A stretch of DNA of 64,000 nucleotides, from NCBI GenBank assembly GCA_051362555.1, contig CM120640.1, positions 22,926,225 through 22,990,224 on the forward strand, written 5' to 3'. The first letter of the stretch is position 1. The number at the start of each line of letters is the position of its first letter. This DNA comes from Lingula anatina (lineage: Eukaryota > Animalia > Brachiopoda). The notes under the pieces were generated by a model, which saw nothing but the letters and a program-made list of their open reading frames with translations, was not told the DNA's origin and searched no databases. The position numbers and the translations under genes were made by a program. Shown piece after piece: positions 1 to 13,700 of this stretch.

Positions 1-1773
1 AGTTGAGTAGAAATTGGAAACACCAGCTAAACTGGCACAGACAGTCAGACTGTTTCTGTGTTTCATTGTTTGTCTGGAAACCTATGACTGGACTTTTCTT
101 TGTATACTCACCAGATGATTCACCCTATGACATCATGGCTACTGTCTGTGTATATCCAGTTATTATTTAAAAGGCAATTATGATGAAAGGACCAGAAAAG
201 ATAACAGCTGGATTGGATGGATATATCAGAGCACATGGTTCAGTGGAAAAGGGTAAAGGAAGCCATGATGAAAGTTATTGGCTTCTGGTTTACAGATCCA
301 TGAAGCAGGACAGGTTTAACATGGCAGAATGTTACATAGGCTTCTGCCCCAAAGTTTCATCTGTTACTGAGCAGTTCTGTGAATTCAGAAGGGCTGATGT
401 GCTATGAAACCCTCAGGTTAAAGAACAATGGTCTTTGCTCTATATATTTCAAACCAAGTTCAGATTAACGCAATACTCAGACTAATCACATTTGCAGAAC
501 AAACTGCAGAGTAAGATGTAGGAATGCCTCCGAGGTTTGAAGGCGATGGACTGCTGATGGTTATACTGATTGTTTATGTGCATGTGTGTAGATATCTCTA
601 CTGTATTGGTTATATGTTCCAAGTTTACTTAGAGATATACACTCTTGGGTGGTGAGTTTAGAACTGGCCTTTCAGATTCTAGGGTATCTCTGCCATTGCG
701 CAGCCAAGCTTGGAAAAAAAATTGCACTTTGTGTATTCGATTATTCCAGGAGATCTAGCAGTGATTAAATTGGTCCATCAGAAAACATTCTGTCTCATAC
801 AAAATGCGCTTGCAGACTTCAGCAGGATGTTCCAGGAAGTGGGCTAGCTGCAGAAATGTCAGCAGATTGGCAAGGAACTTTGCCTGGAACCTTGAGTTGG
901 TTTGTAGCCAGGTTTAAAGGGATGTCAGTCATGTCAGCATAAGACATTGGCCATTGGATTGAGATCAACAAGAAATATTTATAGGTGTTGTATTTTGCTG
1001 ACACCTATGGTTTCTATGGAAACTTCTTTCGCCTCGAAAGAAATTTAATTGGTTCAATCTCATAGCATATCTCTATCTGTTTCCAATCATAATTGTTTTT
1101 TTTGCTTCATAAAAGCTGTAAATTGGTGAGAATTGGTGGTTGATGCCTGGGAGAAACATGTAGCAGTATCAGCCTAGGAGCTAAAATGGAAAAGAAAATC
1201 TCATTTTATTTGGTCTGAAGAGGAAATATGCTTGATTTAATGGTACTTCTAAGTTATGGGCAATTTTAGGCACATTTGATGCATCAATTGTTGCAGACAA
1301 CAATGAATAACAAAATGCATCAAAATTTTAATTTCAAAATGCAAGCATGTGGACTTGTTCCAATACTTCACTTGGAAGTCTGATGGCTTTGCATGTTCCA
1401 CAGGTGGCAGCGTCATTTATTTCTAAAAAAGGGAATTATTAACAGTTAGGGGCACTGTTTCCTGGTGCACCTGAGAATAATTGCAGACAATTAGCTGCCT
1501 GGTGATGATAAAAAAGGCCATCACCTCAGAATTTCCATATAATCCATCACTAAAGAATGAAAAACAAGAACATATTGATGGATATACTAATACAATTTAT
1601 ATATGGATGCCAGCAGACAGTCAGCAAGTGTTTGGAAACCCTTTGACATGGCAGACAGAAATGGGCAGTTGCCCTCTCAATTCATGAATAGACACAGCTG
1701 ATTTCTGAATACCCTGAGAAAGGAGAATGATATTTATGTGATCATTTTTGTCTACATACTGACTCACTACAAT

Positions 1774-1797
1774 ATGGAATATTCAAGGCGAAGATTG
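1774..1797 (+). CDS. Candidate first coding exon of MAST (MEYSRRRL)
   Basis: ATG in aatATGG context, 8 codons, then donor GTAAGG at 1798. Phase 0 matches the acceptor at 4758. Short, so support is limited. Confidence 0.5.
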
Positions 1798-4700
1798 GTA
1801 AGGTTTTTTATTCTAATCATGAAATTATGATTTTTAAAAAATAGAATGATATAATTCTTAGTATATCTGTTTCATGATATATAATCAGCAACCACATGAT
1901 AAGCACCTTGGTTTTAGTACTAGTACTATCAATAATCAATGCAATGTAAAAATAGGGCCATTCACACTAGCAAAAAAAACACTTGTCCAGTAAATCCTGG
2001 TAGAACGCAGTCAAAGAAACCCACTTTGCTTGCATTCACACTGCTTTGGGCAACATTGCCTCTCATCAGTTGTACTTCCTGTTCAACGTGCACTATTATT
2101 CTCAGTAAAAAGTGATAATATGAACAATGTGGCAGGAGTACAAGTAGCGATGATTTTTATGCCATATAAATATTTTGATTTACTCATAAAGACATATTTC
2201 TGTAAGAAAAATATGATAAATTGCCCACTTGTGAGCATGCATCCCAAATGTAAAGATCTGGTTTAGACTGCCATTTAGAGTTAACTGTACGTAGACTGTT
2301 CACATTAGAAAAGTAAACCACGATAGGACTGCAGTCAGGCATTAACCAATTTGAAATTACTGGTGTGAATGGCCCTAATGTAAAAATGTTGTGATTAGTA
2401 ATAATTGTGAGCAGTCACATATCAATGCATATTTCATGAATATTCATAGACTGCTCACTGTAAACACTTTTGTTAAAGGTTCTGTCCGATAAAAGGATGA
2501 TGGAACGAAGTCAGAGTAAATGATTCCACCAATTATCTGGTATCAAAAGCAAGGAGAAATGTTGTTCATGAGCGTGTCTGTTATACCCCCTTTACACTGG
2601 ACGGCGTCCTTTCTGCGTCCTCTCTGCGACCATGAAATTTGGCATAGCTGTGGTCTTAATAAGGAGGCACGAGCATTAATTTTTTATCAGAATGAATGCT
2701 CAATGATCGGCCAGTTGTCGGCACGTAAAATATTATAATTTTTAAACTCTCAAATGGGGCTGGACTGCTGGACGCAGAAAGGACGCCGTCCAGTGTAAAG
2801 GGGGCTTTATTGAGCATACTTGCAAATGGAGAAAGAAAGAATATTTTGTAGATAGAGTTCATGGATCCATAAAGCAACAAGAAGCATTTCAAATTCCCAT
2901 TGAACTGTCACATGGCAATACAGAAACCAAAGATGTATTCTTCTCTTTTACAAATGGGGGTATTATTTACTGAAGCAGTAAAATAGTCAATTCTTTTCCT
3001 TTTCTATTTGCACACATTTAAATGTTTTTTATTGACTTAAAATGTCAATAGTTATCTCTTCTGGTGTTATTGAAAGGTTTTATAATTATGTTGATATCAC
3101 ACGACCATCATATTGGTAAAAATCTATGGCATTCTTTTCAAATTAGCAAGAGTAAGAACTGTGTTTATGGATGAAGTTGAAAGTCAGTCTATAGGTTTTG
3201 GTATAATGTGCAGACATGCGATAGTCTTTTTGTTGTTTTGGGTGGTATTACGGTTGAATTAACCAAGCTAGTGAAAGCTGTAGGCTGTTCGTGTTGATGA
3301 TGTGAGAGTTGAAGTCAAAGCAGAATCTGTAAATTTTATTTTTGGTGATAAAATGAAGATCATCCTTTTTTGTTTCATACATTTAATAGTGCAGGAATAA
3401 CAAGACAAGTCTGAAGATTGCCCTGAGCACATTCTTTTTATCTTTCAGATGTTATTTTGTTATTGTGATTTTTAGCTTGTATTATAATCTTGATTTAGCA
3501 ATATCCACAGAAACAGTTGCTTTGCTTTGAACTTTGTGGGATATTGATAAAAAAATGCTTAAAAATAATCCCTGTTAGGCTATTTTGTTTTCTTTTGATC
3601 ATAAGTTTTACAACCTTTCTATTTTGATAACTGGAAAAGGATAAAAGATCCCTTCAAAATTCTAATCTATTTTGCAGTCTCATTTTGTGTTTGAATTTCA
3701 TGCTTTCTGTTTGATAGGATTATATAATTATGTTTAAATTGATGTTAATTTTACACATAAATTCTGGAGTGATTCACTCAGGTATTGGTCTGTATATTTC
3801 TTGTTTGATAAATGACACTCAAATATACAACACATCATAAAATACATTTTTGTAATAACTCTCCAGTAGCTTAGCCGTTTATGCTTCAGAATCGACCAAA
3901 GAAAATCCCAATTTAGGATTTTGATAAACAACTGTCTCTGATAAATGTGAAAGAATTGCAATAGAATTATGATAAATGGTCTAATAGGAAAAGGTAATAT
4001 TTCTTCCTGTCCTGATTTTAATGAATTCATATAGTACATTATCTGGTGAATTGAGTTGTCATTCTTTTAATTTATTGTTTAATCGCAAATAAGTAAATTA
4101 GTTCACATTCATTTTAACATTTATGACCACTTGATTCCATAGCACAAACATTTTTGATTGACCAATAAAAGAAGGCAAAAATTTTCTTTGATAAGGTATG
4201 ATTTAATTTTGAGCCACGGCATGGGTTGTATTTTTTTTTTCTTTTTAATTGTAAAAGTCAGTATCTGTGGATACAGGTCCTTCAGTATGTCCCATACATT
4301 TTGTGAGATCCAACTGAACCAGAAAAATGACTTCAGCCAAACAGATCTTTTGCACGTAGAACCTCTCTTGAGATGATATTTTGGGAATGTTTTTGTAGGC
4401 ATTCTCAAAGTCATTAGTGTATTTTTATCCAAAATCCCATGTCATTTGGTAGTGCGTCGGCATATACATAAGAACATACTTAGATTATTGACTCAAAGTA
4501 TGTCACCAAGCAACCAGATTGCCAAGACACTGTTGTTGCTCTATTTCCATTATCCAGTGTTCTGATGAGGCAAGAGAGACCAGCTTCTAATCAAGAATAC
4601 TCATAATCTGAACAGGGCAAGTTTAAACAAGCAGACACAGTGTTATTATTGCACAATGCCCTTATATCTTTGATGTTGGGACATCGCTGGGTGCATTGCA

Positions 4701-7700
4701 CTAACATTGAATTATGATTGTGTAAATGACAGTGCATCGCATTTGTTTGTTCTTCAGTCTGACTATGGACCCAGATCACCTTCTCCATCCAACTCTCCTC
4801 GCAAGCCATTGGATGATTTGTCAGCCTCCATCATTCCACGCAGGCTTTTGCAGCGCACCCTGTCTGAGGATGTCCGACAGAAAAGGCGCGGGAGCATGCC
4901 TCTCTCCCCCACAGTCAGACACCTGGGCCTTAGCTCATCACAGTTATCACAAAGTTCATGTGAGTGTTGTTTATTTTTTTCTTTCTTTCTTTACTTTGGT
5001 AATCTGATCTCTTCTTGGTTCTATGATCCTTACAGCAATTGGATATGAATTTGCATTTTTAAAAGCTTTGCTGCACAGTAAAAAAGAAAACGAGTACGAT
5101 TAATTCTTAAAGTTTAAAACTTAATGGAACAGAACTGCATAAAGTTTTGCCATACATAGATGTGTGAAAGCCATTTATTTTAGGCCTTTAATTTTAAGCA
5201 TTTCAGAAGCAGACTTAAATGGTTTGACTAAATTTGGAAAGGTATCAAATATCTCATTCAGAATACTGTATGGCCTTGTTGAATTCAGTAAGCTTAGGAC
5301 TATGTCATATATTTCATTCATGCTACACATCTAAGCTATAAAACACATGGAGTATTCCTTTGGTTGAATTTGAAACCCACTACCTTAAAAGAGTTCAATG
5401 CAATCTGTGAGATGAGTGCCTTTTCACAAGATAACCATTGTGAATTTTGCTTAGTGACTATATTCATTTCATTTTTCAGTAGTTGATAAAAGGAGGGAAT
5501 TTCACTAAAACATGCAAGTCGATTTCCCCGTTTCGCCTTATTGCTTTTAATAATAAGTCTGGCTAGAACCATTTACATTATGAATCCAGAGTAATGCAGC
5601 AAGGGTTCATGGACATCTTCAATTTTATATACGAGAGGGAGACATCAATAGCTAATTAAGCCTTTTAGTATAGGTGTATGTTAGGTTCCATCATAGTAGC
5701 CCATTTTGTAAGCATTTCTCATAAGTTTTTTTTTAGAAATATGTGAAAAATAACCAATAACAACCTTGTTATTATTTTTTTTTTTATCAGAGGTCAATGT
5801 TTTTAGCATTTTGGGCATAAAATAGAAAAATATCTAAATCTCAGACATAGTTTCAGTTAGAAGGAAACAAATCCTCCTGGTTGGTTTTCCCCGTGACTGG
5901 AATATAACTACATGTACCTGTCTATACATTGTGTGCTTCTATTGATTTGAAGGTGCCATCAGTGGCTTTTGATACAAAAAAAAAAAAGATAAAAGAAATT
6001 AAATTGTGTTGCATTGACACTGTAATTACAAGAGAGAAATTGACTGGAAATTGGAATCTTTTTCTGTGAAGCATTTTGTTGCTAAGGAATCATAGAACCA
6101 GGGGAGAAGATGAGAACAGAAATATTTCTAGAAAGGCATCTCTCCTAAGTTGCTAGTTAGATTTTGCATTGCCCTCAGAAAATGCTATGTTGCGTGATAG
6201 CATGTTTTTTTTTCTTCAGAGGAGGAAACATTTCCCCTCATGGCATTTATTTAACAAGTTTTTTTTAAAGCTTAAGATAGTTTTATTCCTATGAAATCAT
6301 GTATGATAAGAGTATATCTATTATATTTAGGTCTACCAGGACTGGGTTTGTCACATTCTGCTGAGAGGGAGACATCAAACCTGCTGCGTATGCGACAGTC
6401 CACACTCGGGCATTCAGCACCAAATCTCTCTTCGTCAGGTCCTGTGACAACAGTAGGGAATATGGTGAGTGTGTGCGTGCGTGTGCATGTGTGACGTATG
6501 TACTTGCATGTGAATGTGTGCATGTGTGGAATGATGAACTTGAAAGTGTGTTTATGCTCTTTTTAGTACAAAGGAACAAGCAAATGAGATTGGATGTAAC
6601 CAGATGCTTACAAAAACACTCTCCGAAGCATATCTGAAATTTGTTTACTTTGAAATCATTTCTGATAATTCACCTTACCCTTTGAAATAAACTGTTGACA
6701 ACCTTATGTACATTTCTGGTATATTCAATGATCGTTTTCTTGCTTTTGTGTTGATATTTTAACACTGCAGATCAAGGTAATGTATAGTAAATTACTAAAG
6801 ATACTGTATTTTATGTTCCCAATTGCTTTAAAAAATCAGCAGATAATTGACCTTTGCCTAGTCTCCAGAAACAGTTTCATTGCTACTTAGTCATATGGGA
6901 AGAAAAAGGTGAGTGTCATTTTTCATGATCTCAGAAAGATATTTATAAAGGACAAACCATTTCCTCATTGTAAGGGAAATAATGCACCCAGTCTACTGGT
7001 ATCACAAACAGAAACAACAAAGGTTCACTTCTTGTCATGTGAGCTTTGTGGTGGTTGTCAAGCTCTGTGACATTTACTTCTATTTATCAATATGCAAAAT
7101 TCTTCAATCTTCAAATTATCAAGTTCTTGAGCAAGAAATATCAGAATTTCACAGAAATCCAAAACCTGTCAATAATTTAGAAACCTAGACAAAAAGAATT
7201 TGAAGACCCACTTCTCAAACTAATAGGTGTGGAATGTTGTAGGAGATATTTCTGTTACTTTTCTATGCCACCACTACTGCAATGCAATGGCATTGTCTCA
7301 GCAGCAGCAATGGTGGCTGAATGCCCTCCACCTTATTAAAACATGGACAATTTCCATCTTTTTGTGAAAAATCCTAAGGAGCATTACCATATTGATTTTT
7401 CCTTTAATGGAGTAATTTAAAAAGTCTTCAAAGGAGGATGTTTGGTAAGGAAATCGGACAATTTCCTGTTGCCTACCTGAAGCGATAGAAAGCCCAGGAA
7501 ATATGCCCCCCGACTTATTTGGTTGTCAAGATGCAACTAATTATGAGATGGAATACCTCAGGGATATGGATAACTTTTCAGTGATGCTCTCTGTATGTGT
7601 TTTTACATTATGTTTTATGGAAGAACACTGAAATACCAGCTGCTGGCCTCTGATTTTATTCACTGAATGCCTTGAAGATGGAGCAGATACAAAAGTCACA

Positions 7701-10700
7701 CAAGCTTTATTGAATGAGATACTGCTGGAGTTACATCTTTTTAAACAATATATTATTGTTTAAAAAAGAAAGGGTGATCGATACACAAGAAATCTTATTT
7801 GCGAATTTGCCATTGTTTTAAAGATAGTAATGTAACAGATTATGGGTGATATTTTTCAGTATGTTTACAAATCGAGTTTTCAGTGATGATAACAATCAAG
7901 ATCTTTTGGAACAGACAAATGGGCAAACATCAAGCAGGAAATTGCTGAAAATAACTTTGTGATCAGATTAACTTGTTAAAACCACTTAGTGAATGACTTG
8001 AATCACCAAGCACTTGATTGGAGTCCCCAAAGAAAGAGGAGAGCCAGTCACCCAAGAAGAAATGGCAGAGATCAGTTGAAAAAGATGCCAGGACAGATTA
8101 TTTAGCATGGGCATTACAAGATGAAATATGTAAAGCTAGAATGCAATGGAGAAGTAATGGTTTGGCCCTGTGCTCCCAGAAAAAGAAAGGTGGGGTAGGG
8201 TGGGGGTGGGAGGGGTAAAGATACTGCCAAATATTAATGTGATACAGTCCATGCATTTTTTATGTATAGACACAGATTCTTTAATTCTGGGTATACTTAA
8301 CTTTAAGTTTGAGAAAAAAAGCTGTAAGTTTCTAGTTTTTAAGTCACAAGTGTTAACATTTGGAGTGCTTGCTTTCTGATTACAAATTATCAACTCTTGT
8401 AGTAAAATGTGAGGGCGGCTATTGTTTGCAGCACAGCATATGATATCACGGCCATATTTCACCTACCTTCCAGCACAGCAGTAAATGCCAGTCCTTTCAT
8501 ATTTCATTTATTTAAAAACATTTCATCAGAAGGCAGTTGATAAAATTGGGGTCTGTTGAATAAGTTTCGCTTGATCAAGGGAAAACTAATAATGGAAAAC
8601 TATAGGAGCCATACAATGAAAATAGGAAAATTATTCTATTTATAACAACTTTATAGGTTTTATGAGGTAGCTTAATTTTATTGCTTCCATATCTTATGTA
8701 GCTAATGGAAGAATTTGAATTATGAGGCTTCAATGACAAAAAGGAAAAAAAAAAAGAAAAGAATGTCAAATTATTAGGAGAGCTAGAGACAATGTGCCCA
8801 CTCAAAACACACAAGCATTGTAGTCAAGCACACCATATATTTACTTAAATTACAGTGCTTGGTTCTATCAAGATAAAACATAGGATGTGGTAGATTTACA
8901 AGGTCATTCACAAAAATGGGTTGGATTTCCCCTTTCCTAACTTCTGTGTCTATGAGACTATGTCATTCTCCCTTCAAAGGACGTAAAAAAGGAAAGTTAC
9001 AGTTTTTATGAATTATCATTGCTTGCAATTCACTCTCTCTCAACTAGGAGAAGTTGTATTGCCTGCCAACTTTTGCAAGATTGCGGGATCTAGAACCACA
9101 CTGAGCTGGAAAAGGTATTTTCCTCCCCTGGCACGAGATCAGCTTTTCAGAGGGCAGGTGGCTGTGGAATGGTGGAGGTATACTGCAAGTGGTTAAGTGT
9201 TCTATGTAAGTGCTGTTGTTGTTGCTCTTAAGTAAGTCTCACTAAATGCAGCTTTCCACTTAATCTAGGTTAGAATAGTCTGAGGCAAATTGTGTTTTTG
9301 ATGAAATAGCATGATAATTTCATGAAAGCACATTTATTTCTTATACTGTTATTTGTGAGAAAAACAACACCTAATCTTTTATGTAAGTGACTTGGTGACT
9401 CATTAGATATTTTGAGGCATGGGGGTATGATTTCGATATATTTACGTGTTACGGTGTAATCCAGATGATTTTCATCCTATGTTAATTTGAACTTTTTCCT
9501 TAGAAAGAAAGCCTCAAAAGGCGTAACATAAACAAGTTTGAATGGTGCCACTATAGAAGAACAATAATTTTCAGTGAAAGCAAACTCTGCTCAGTAGGGT
9601 TGTTTGTTTTGGAAGGGAAAGGTAATTCAAGTCACATAATCTTTGGTGGTAATATTGTTATCAGTCTAAGTTAACATGACTCTGACTTTATCCAACACCC
9701 AAGCCTGTTTGATAACGGCCATTTGAAAGAGCTCTCCCACTGGAGAAGTTCATAAATGAGAAGTATTGCATTCTTACACTGGGAAGAAGAACATGCTAAT
9801 CAGAAGGTACTTTTTTAATTTTTTGCAAGAACAGGCAATAATATACCTATGATGATAATCGACTGAGTTGCAGCTAGTATTTTTATTTGGGGTTATAAGT
9901 CTGTTGCCCGTGTGCACTCTGTCTCACTCTCTCTCTATCCATAATAAATATTACGTCTGAAAGGTACACTAAAGGTATTTGCTTTGATTTCATAATTTTT
10001 CCTTACCTACTTAAAACTTCATAGTGTTAAAGCCACACAATTGATAAGACTGTAAGTAATCTGATTATATTTACTTATCAGTTGGGTTGTAGCATTTCTA
10101 TAGTAGTAGTATAGTATTAAATGGACTGCAGGTGAAAGAGATACGATTTATATACAATTAGATCACCAGTTCACCTGGGTCATTTCATGATGAATCACCT
10201 TGATAATAATACAATTTCTATTTGGGTGTCTGGACCAACTTGTCATGCGTCATTAGGTCTGCACTCAGTAAAAGGTAAGCACTTGTAGGAGAAAGTCTTT
10301 TTATTGAAGGTATTAGGACACTTTAACGTCATATATATGCTGTATATCAGGACCATATATTATGGTGTATTACATTGGATGTTTACACTGGCTAGCTGTA
10401 TCCACATGGCATGTGTGTATGGTAATGCCTGATCACACGGAGGTGGTTTAGACTACCTGGTTAGAATTTCTGTACCACACATGGAATGTATTGTATTTAG
10501 ATATGGGAGGCACTGGCCCACTGTAACCCATAGGCTGTGGTCCCAGTCATGTTGTACCAGCATAGCTTAGTGCTTCCTATCTCAGCTGACCATGTGTCAG
10601 TCTAATCCATTTGCTGTCCCACTCACAATTTTGTTATAATTATGAAAGGTGGGCTTCCAGAGGTGTGAAAAAATCTATAATGCTATCTGCAGAAAGTCTC

Positions 10701-13700
10701 CTAAACTTGACTATAGTTGTACCTTAGAGACATGAGCCACTTAGCTGTATAAAATCTATGGATATTAAATACTGATTATTAGACTAATTATCTCTTCTCC
10801 TCACTGGGCTCTGCTATGTAATGGTTAGTATACAGCATAGGGTCAATATATTACCATATAAGACCCTCACAATGATATGGACATGGTCTGGACCAGAAAT
10901 GACCATCAACTGTACTGTGCTTATACAGGCAGGGTACAATGTGGTTAGGACTATAGTCTAGAGCTGGAGCTGGGAGGCATTGTGTGTAGCATGGACATTA
11001 GGTGCAATTAAGGCTGCTCATCACCACATCTTGTTCACTGGGTGCTGTGGATGTTATCACAAAGCCAGGATGTTCATATAGATGGCTATGCCTCATTGCT
11101 CCAAGGCTCTGTGTAATTATTGTGGTCTGTCTGCCTGTTGCCCCCTTCAGTAATGCAGCGTGTCATGCATAGTAATGCTGGATTTTTAGGCTTACATGTG
11201 CATGTCAGCAGATGAGGCAGGGGAAGGAATAGTAGATGTGAAATACAGAAGGAACATATTAATATGACAGTAGAGGAAGACTGGTGGTGTAATTGATTGT
11301 AAATTGGGTGCTTTTATCACAAAGGTCACTGAAGCTACAGGTGGGGAATTGTTATAGTGATGTATTAGAGGCATCAGATTATTTTCAGCTATGTTAATTG
11401 AACATGGATCTGCAAAGATATGAATATAGAAAATGATTATCACTGAATGTCTGTGAATTTTCTATAGCTATTGACAAAAGAAACTATTGGTCATTTCAAA
11501 TATATAGGTAATGAAACTGTTCAACAGAAAACTATTTGTATTTCAATTATTGTCTAACATATTTGAATTTATGAGCCATGCTTCACTTGATATTTTCCAT
11601 TGAGGCGTCAATATTTTTATCTATAAATTGATGCAGAATTTATGAGAACTTCATGTATCATGAAAATACTGCATATTGCTGCTGGAACTTTAAGCTGGTA
11701 TTGAATATGTGACAATGATACGAGTTGCTTACTAAAAATCTTCTATCATGAATACTGTTACATAATATAGAACACTGTATATGTTACACTTGGTTTTATT
11801 TAATGGAGCTTTATAGTAGTCATACAGTGTATGTGAAGAACGTGTGCTGTCACATCCGATGTGGACATTTCAGTATTTTTGTTATTTTGCGATTGTGGTT
11901 GTTCGCATACATCTGACACAGAAGTGACTAACTGGGCAGTTTGTCCTATTTATTTAAATATCTTGACATTTGGATTTACCAACTGTACTCGTTGAGTGGT
12001 TTGTTTTTATACAATCTTTGTTAACTTTCTGTGCTAATTTAAATAACATCCACCAGCTATGGCTGCCTTTTATTTATTTATTTTATTTATCTTATATTAA
12101 TTTCATTTGCTGTTATAAATATTTTTATGTACAGACACAGATGTGTCTGTACATATTGCCATCACCTGCGTCTGTCGTCGCCGTCGTCGCCGATGGTGAT
12201 GCCGATGCCGATGCCGATGCCGATGCCGTGCACTTTCCTTGTAAACACGATAAGTGGAACACAGTTTTAATTTTTGCTTTTATATTTACAGAGCTGATGA
12301 ATATTCATAAAACGCAGGTCAAGTTCGAAAATCAGCATGATCGGGCCATTATAGTAGAAGTTATGCTGTTTTTTTCACTTTTCAGCATATATACAACCCT
12401 GTAAACACATTTTAAGGAAAACCGTTAGGCCTGTTGTCATGAAACTCACAGGAGTAATCAATGTTACTAAAACGCAGGACAAGTTTGAAAATTGGCATGA
12501 TTGGGCCACTATTTTTGTAGTTATGCTGATTTTTTCATTTTTCAGCATATATGCAACACTGTAAACACAATATAAGAAAAACAGATAGGCCAATTGTCAT
12601 TAAACTCACAGGAGTGGTCAATCTTACTAAAACGCAGGTTGAGTTCGAAAATCAGCATAATCAGGCCATTATTTTAGAAGTTATGCTGTTTTTTCACATT
12701 TCCTGAGATTCAATTCTTAGGCATGTTAACAGTCTCATTATTGAACTAATAAGATACGTAAAAGTGTTTGTTTGACATTTCCTGCATCTTTACAATATTG
12801 TTAGTTGATTATGTAAAAATTATGGTAAACTTGTTATCGTGTTTTGCGTAATAAAGTGTCAAAAATGGAAATAAACTCATATCATTGCAGTTTGTCAGAT
12901 TCAATCATTCACTATATTCAGAATCTCAGAATGGAAGAAATTGGACATTTAACACTGCTCTATTGATATTTTTCCCATCTCATCAATTTTCTTAGTTGAT
13001 CATATAAAAATGGCAGTAAACTGTTAATTTTGTTTTATGTTAAAAATTGTTAAAAATGGGGAAAAAACATTTCAGAACAGTGCTGTCTTGTTTACATTTT
13101 GGCATTTTCAAGTTTTGACTTTGAAGTTCCATGGGCCTGAAGACCTTTGCTAATCATATTTTCTGAATATCCATAATACTAATATTTTATTAATAAAAAT
13201 TGATGGTCATTATGCTGTTAAACATTATGTAATATTGCATCAAAATTTGAAAAAAACATATTTTGGGCACTGCTCCCATGATGACCATTTCAGAAAAACC
13301 ATGTCACTTACTGTTCTCAAACTTACAGTAAAGAAACATGGGACTAAAATACAGCTTCAGTAGGCAATGCATTCTGTTTGGTAATTCTTACTGCCAGTTA
13401 AACAGTTTTTTTGTGAAACTTTTTTCACATATTGGCATTTTCAAGGTGTGACTTTGAAGTTCCACGGGCTTGAATACCCATGCTAGTCACATTTTCTGAA
13501 AATACATGATACGTATATTTTATTATTAAAAATTGACGGTCATTATGCTGTTAACCATTATGTAATATTGCATCAGAATAGAAGAAAACACAATTTTGGG
13601 TGCTGCTGCCATGATGACCATTATGGGAAAACCATGTTACTTATGATTACCAAACTTTCAAAAAAGAAATACAGGACTAAAATGCAGCCTGAGTTGGAAA

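Noticed and set aside
10187-10274. ATG-initiated segment MMNHLDNN...HSVK with a strong donor AAG|GTAAGC
   Set aside because: Phase 1 does not fit the next MAST exon (phase 0) and the peptide is unrecognisable. It could still be a non-coding exon.
11970-12404. 144-aa ORF with a DADADA run
   Set aside because: Translation of the HINE microsatellite and AT-rich intron sequence.
12240-12700. Regularly spaced repeats as a CRISPR-like array
   Set aside because: Whole 160-bp units are similar with no unique spacers, there are no cas genes, and the context is a eukaryotic intron.
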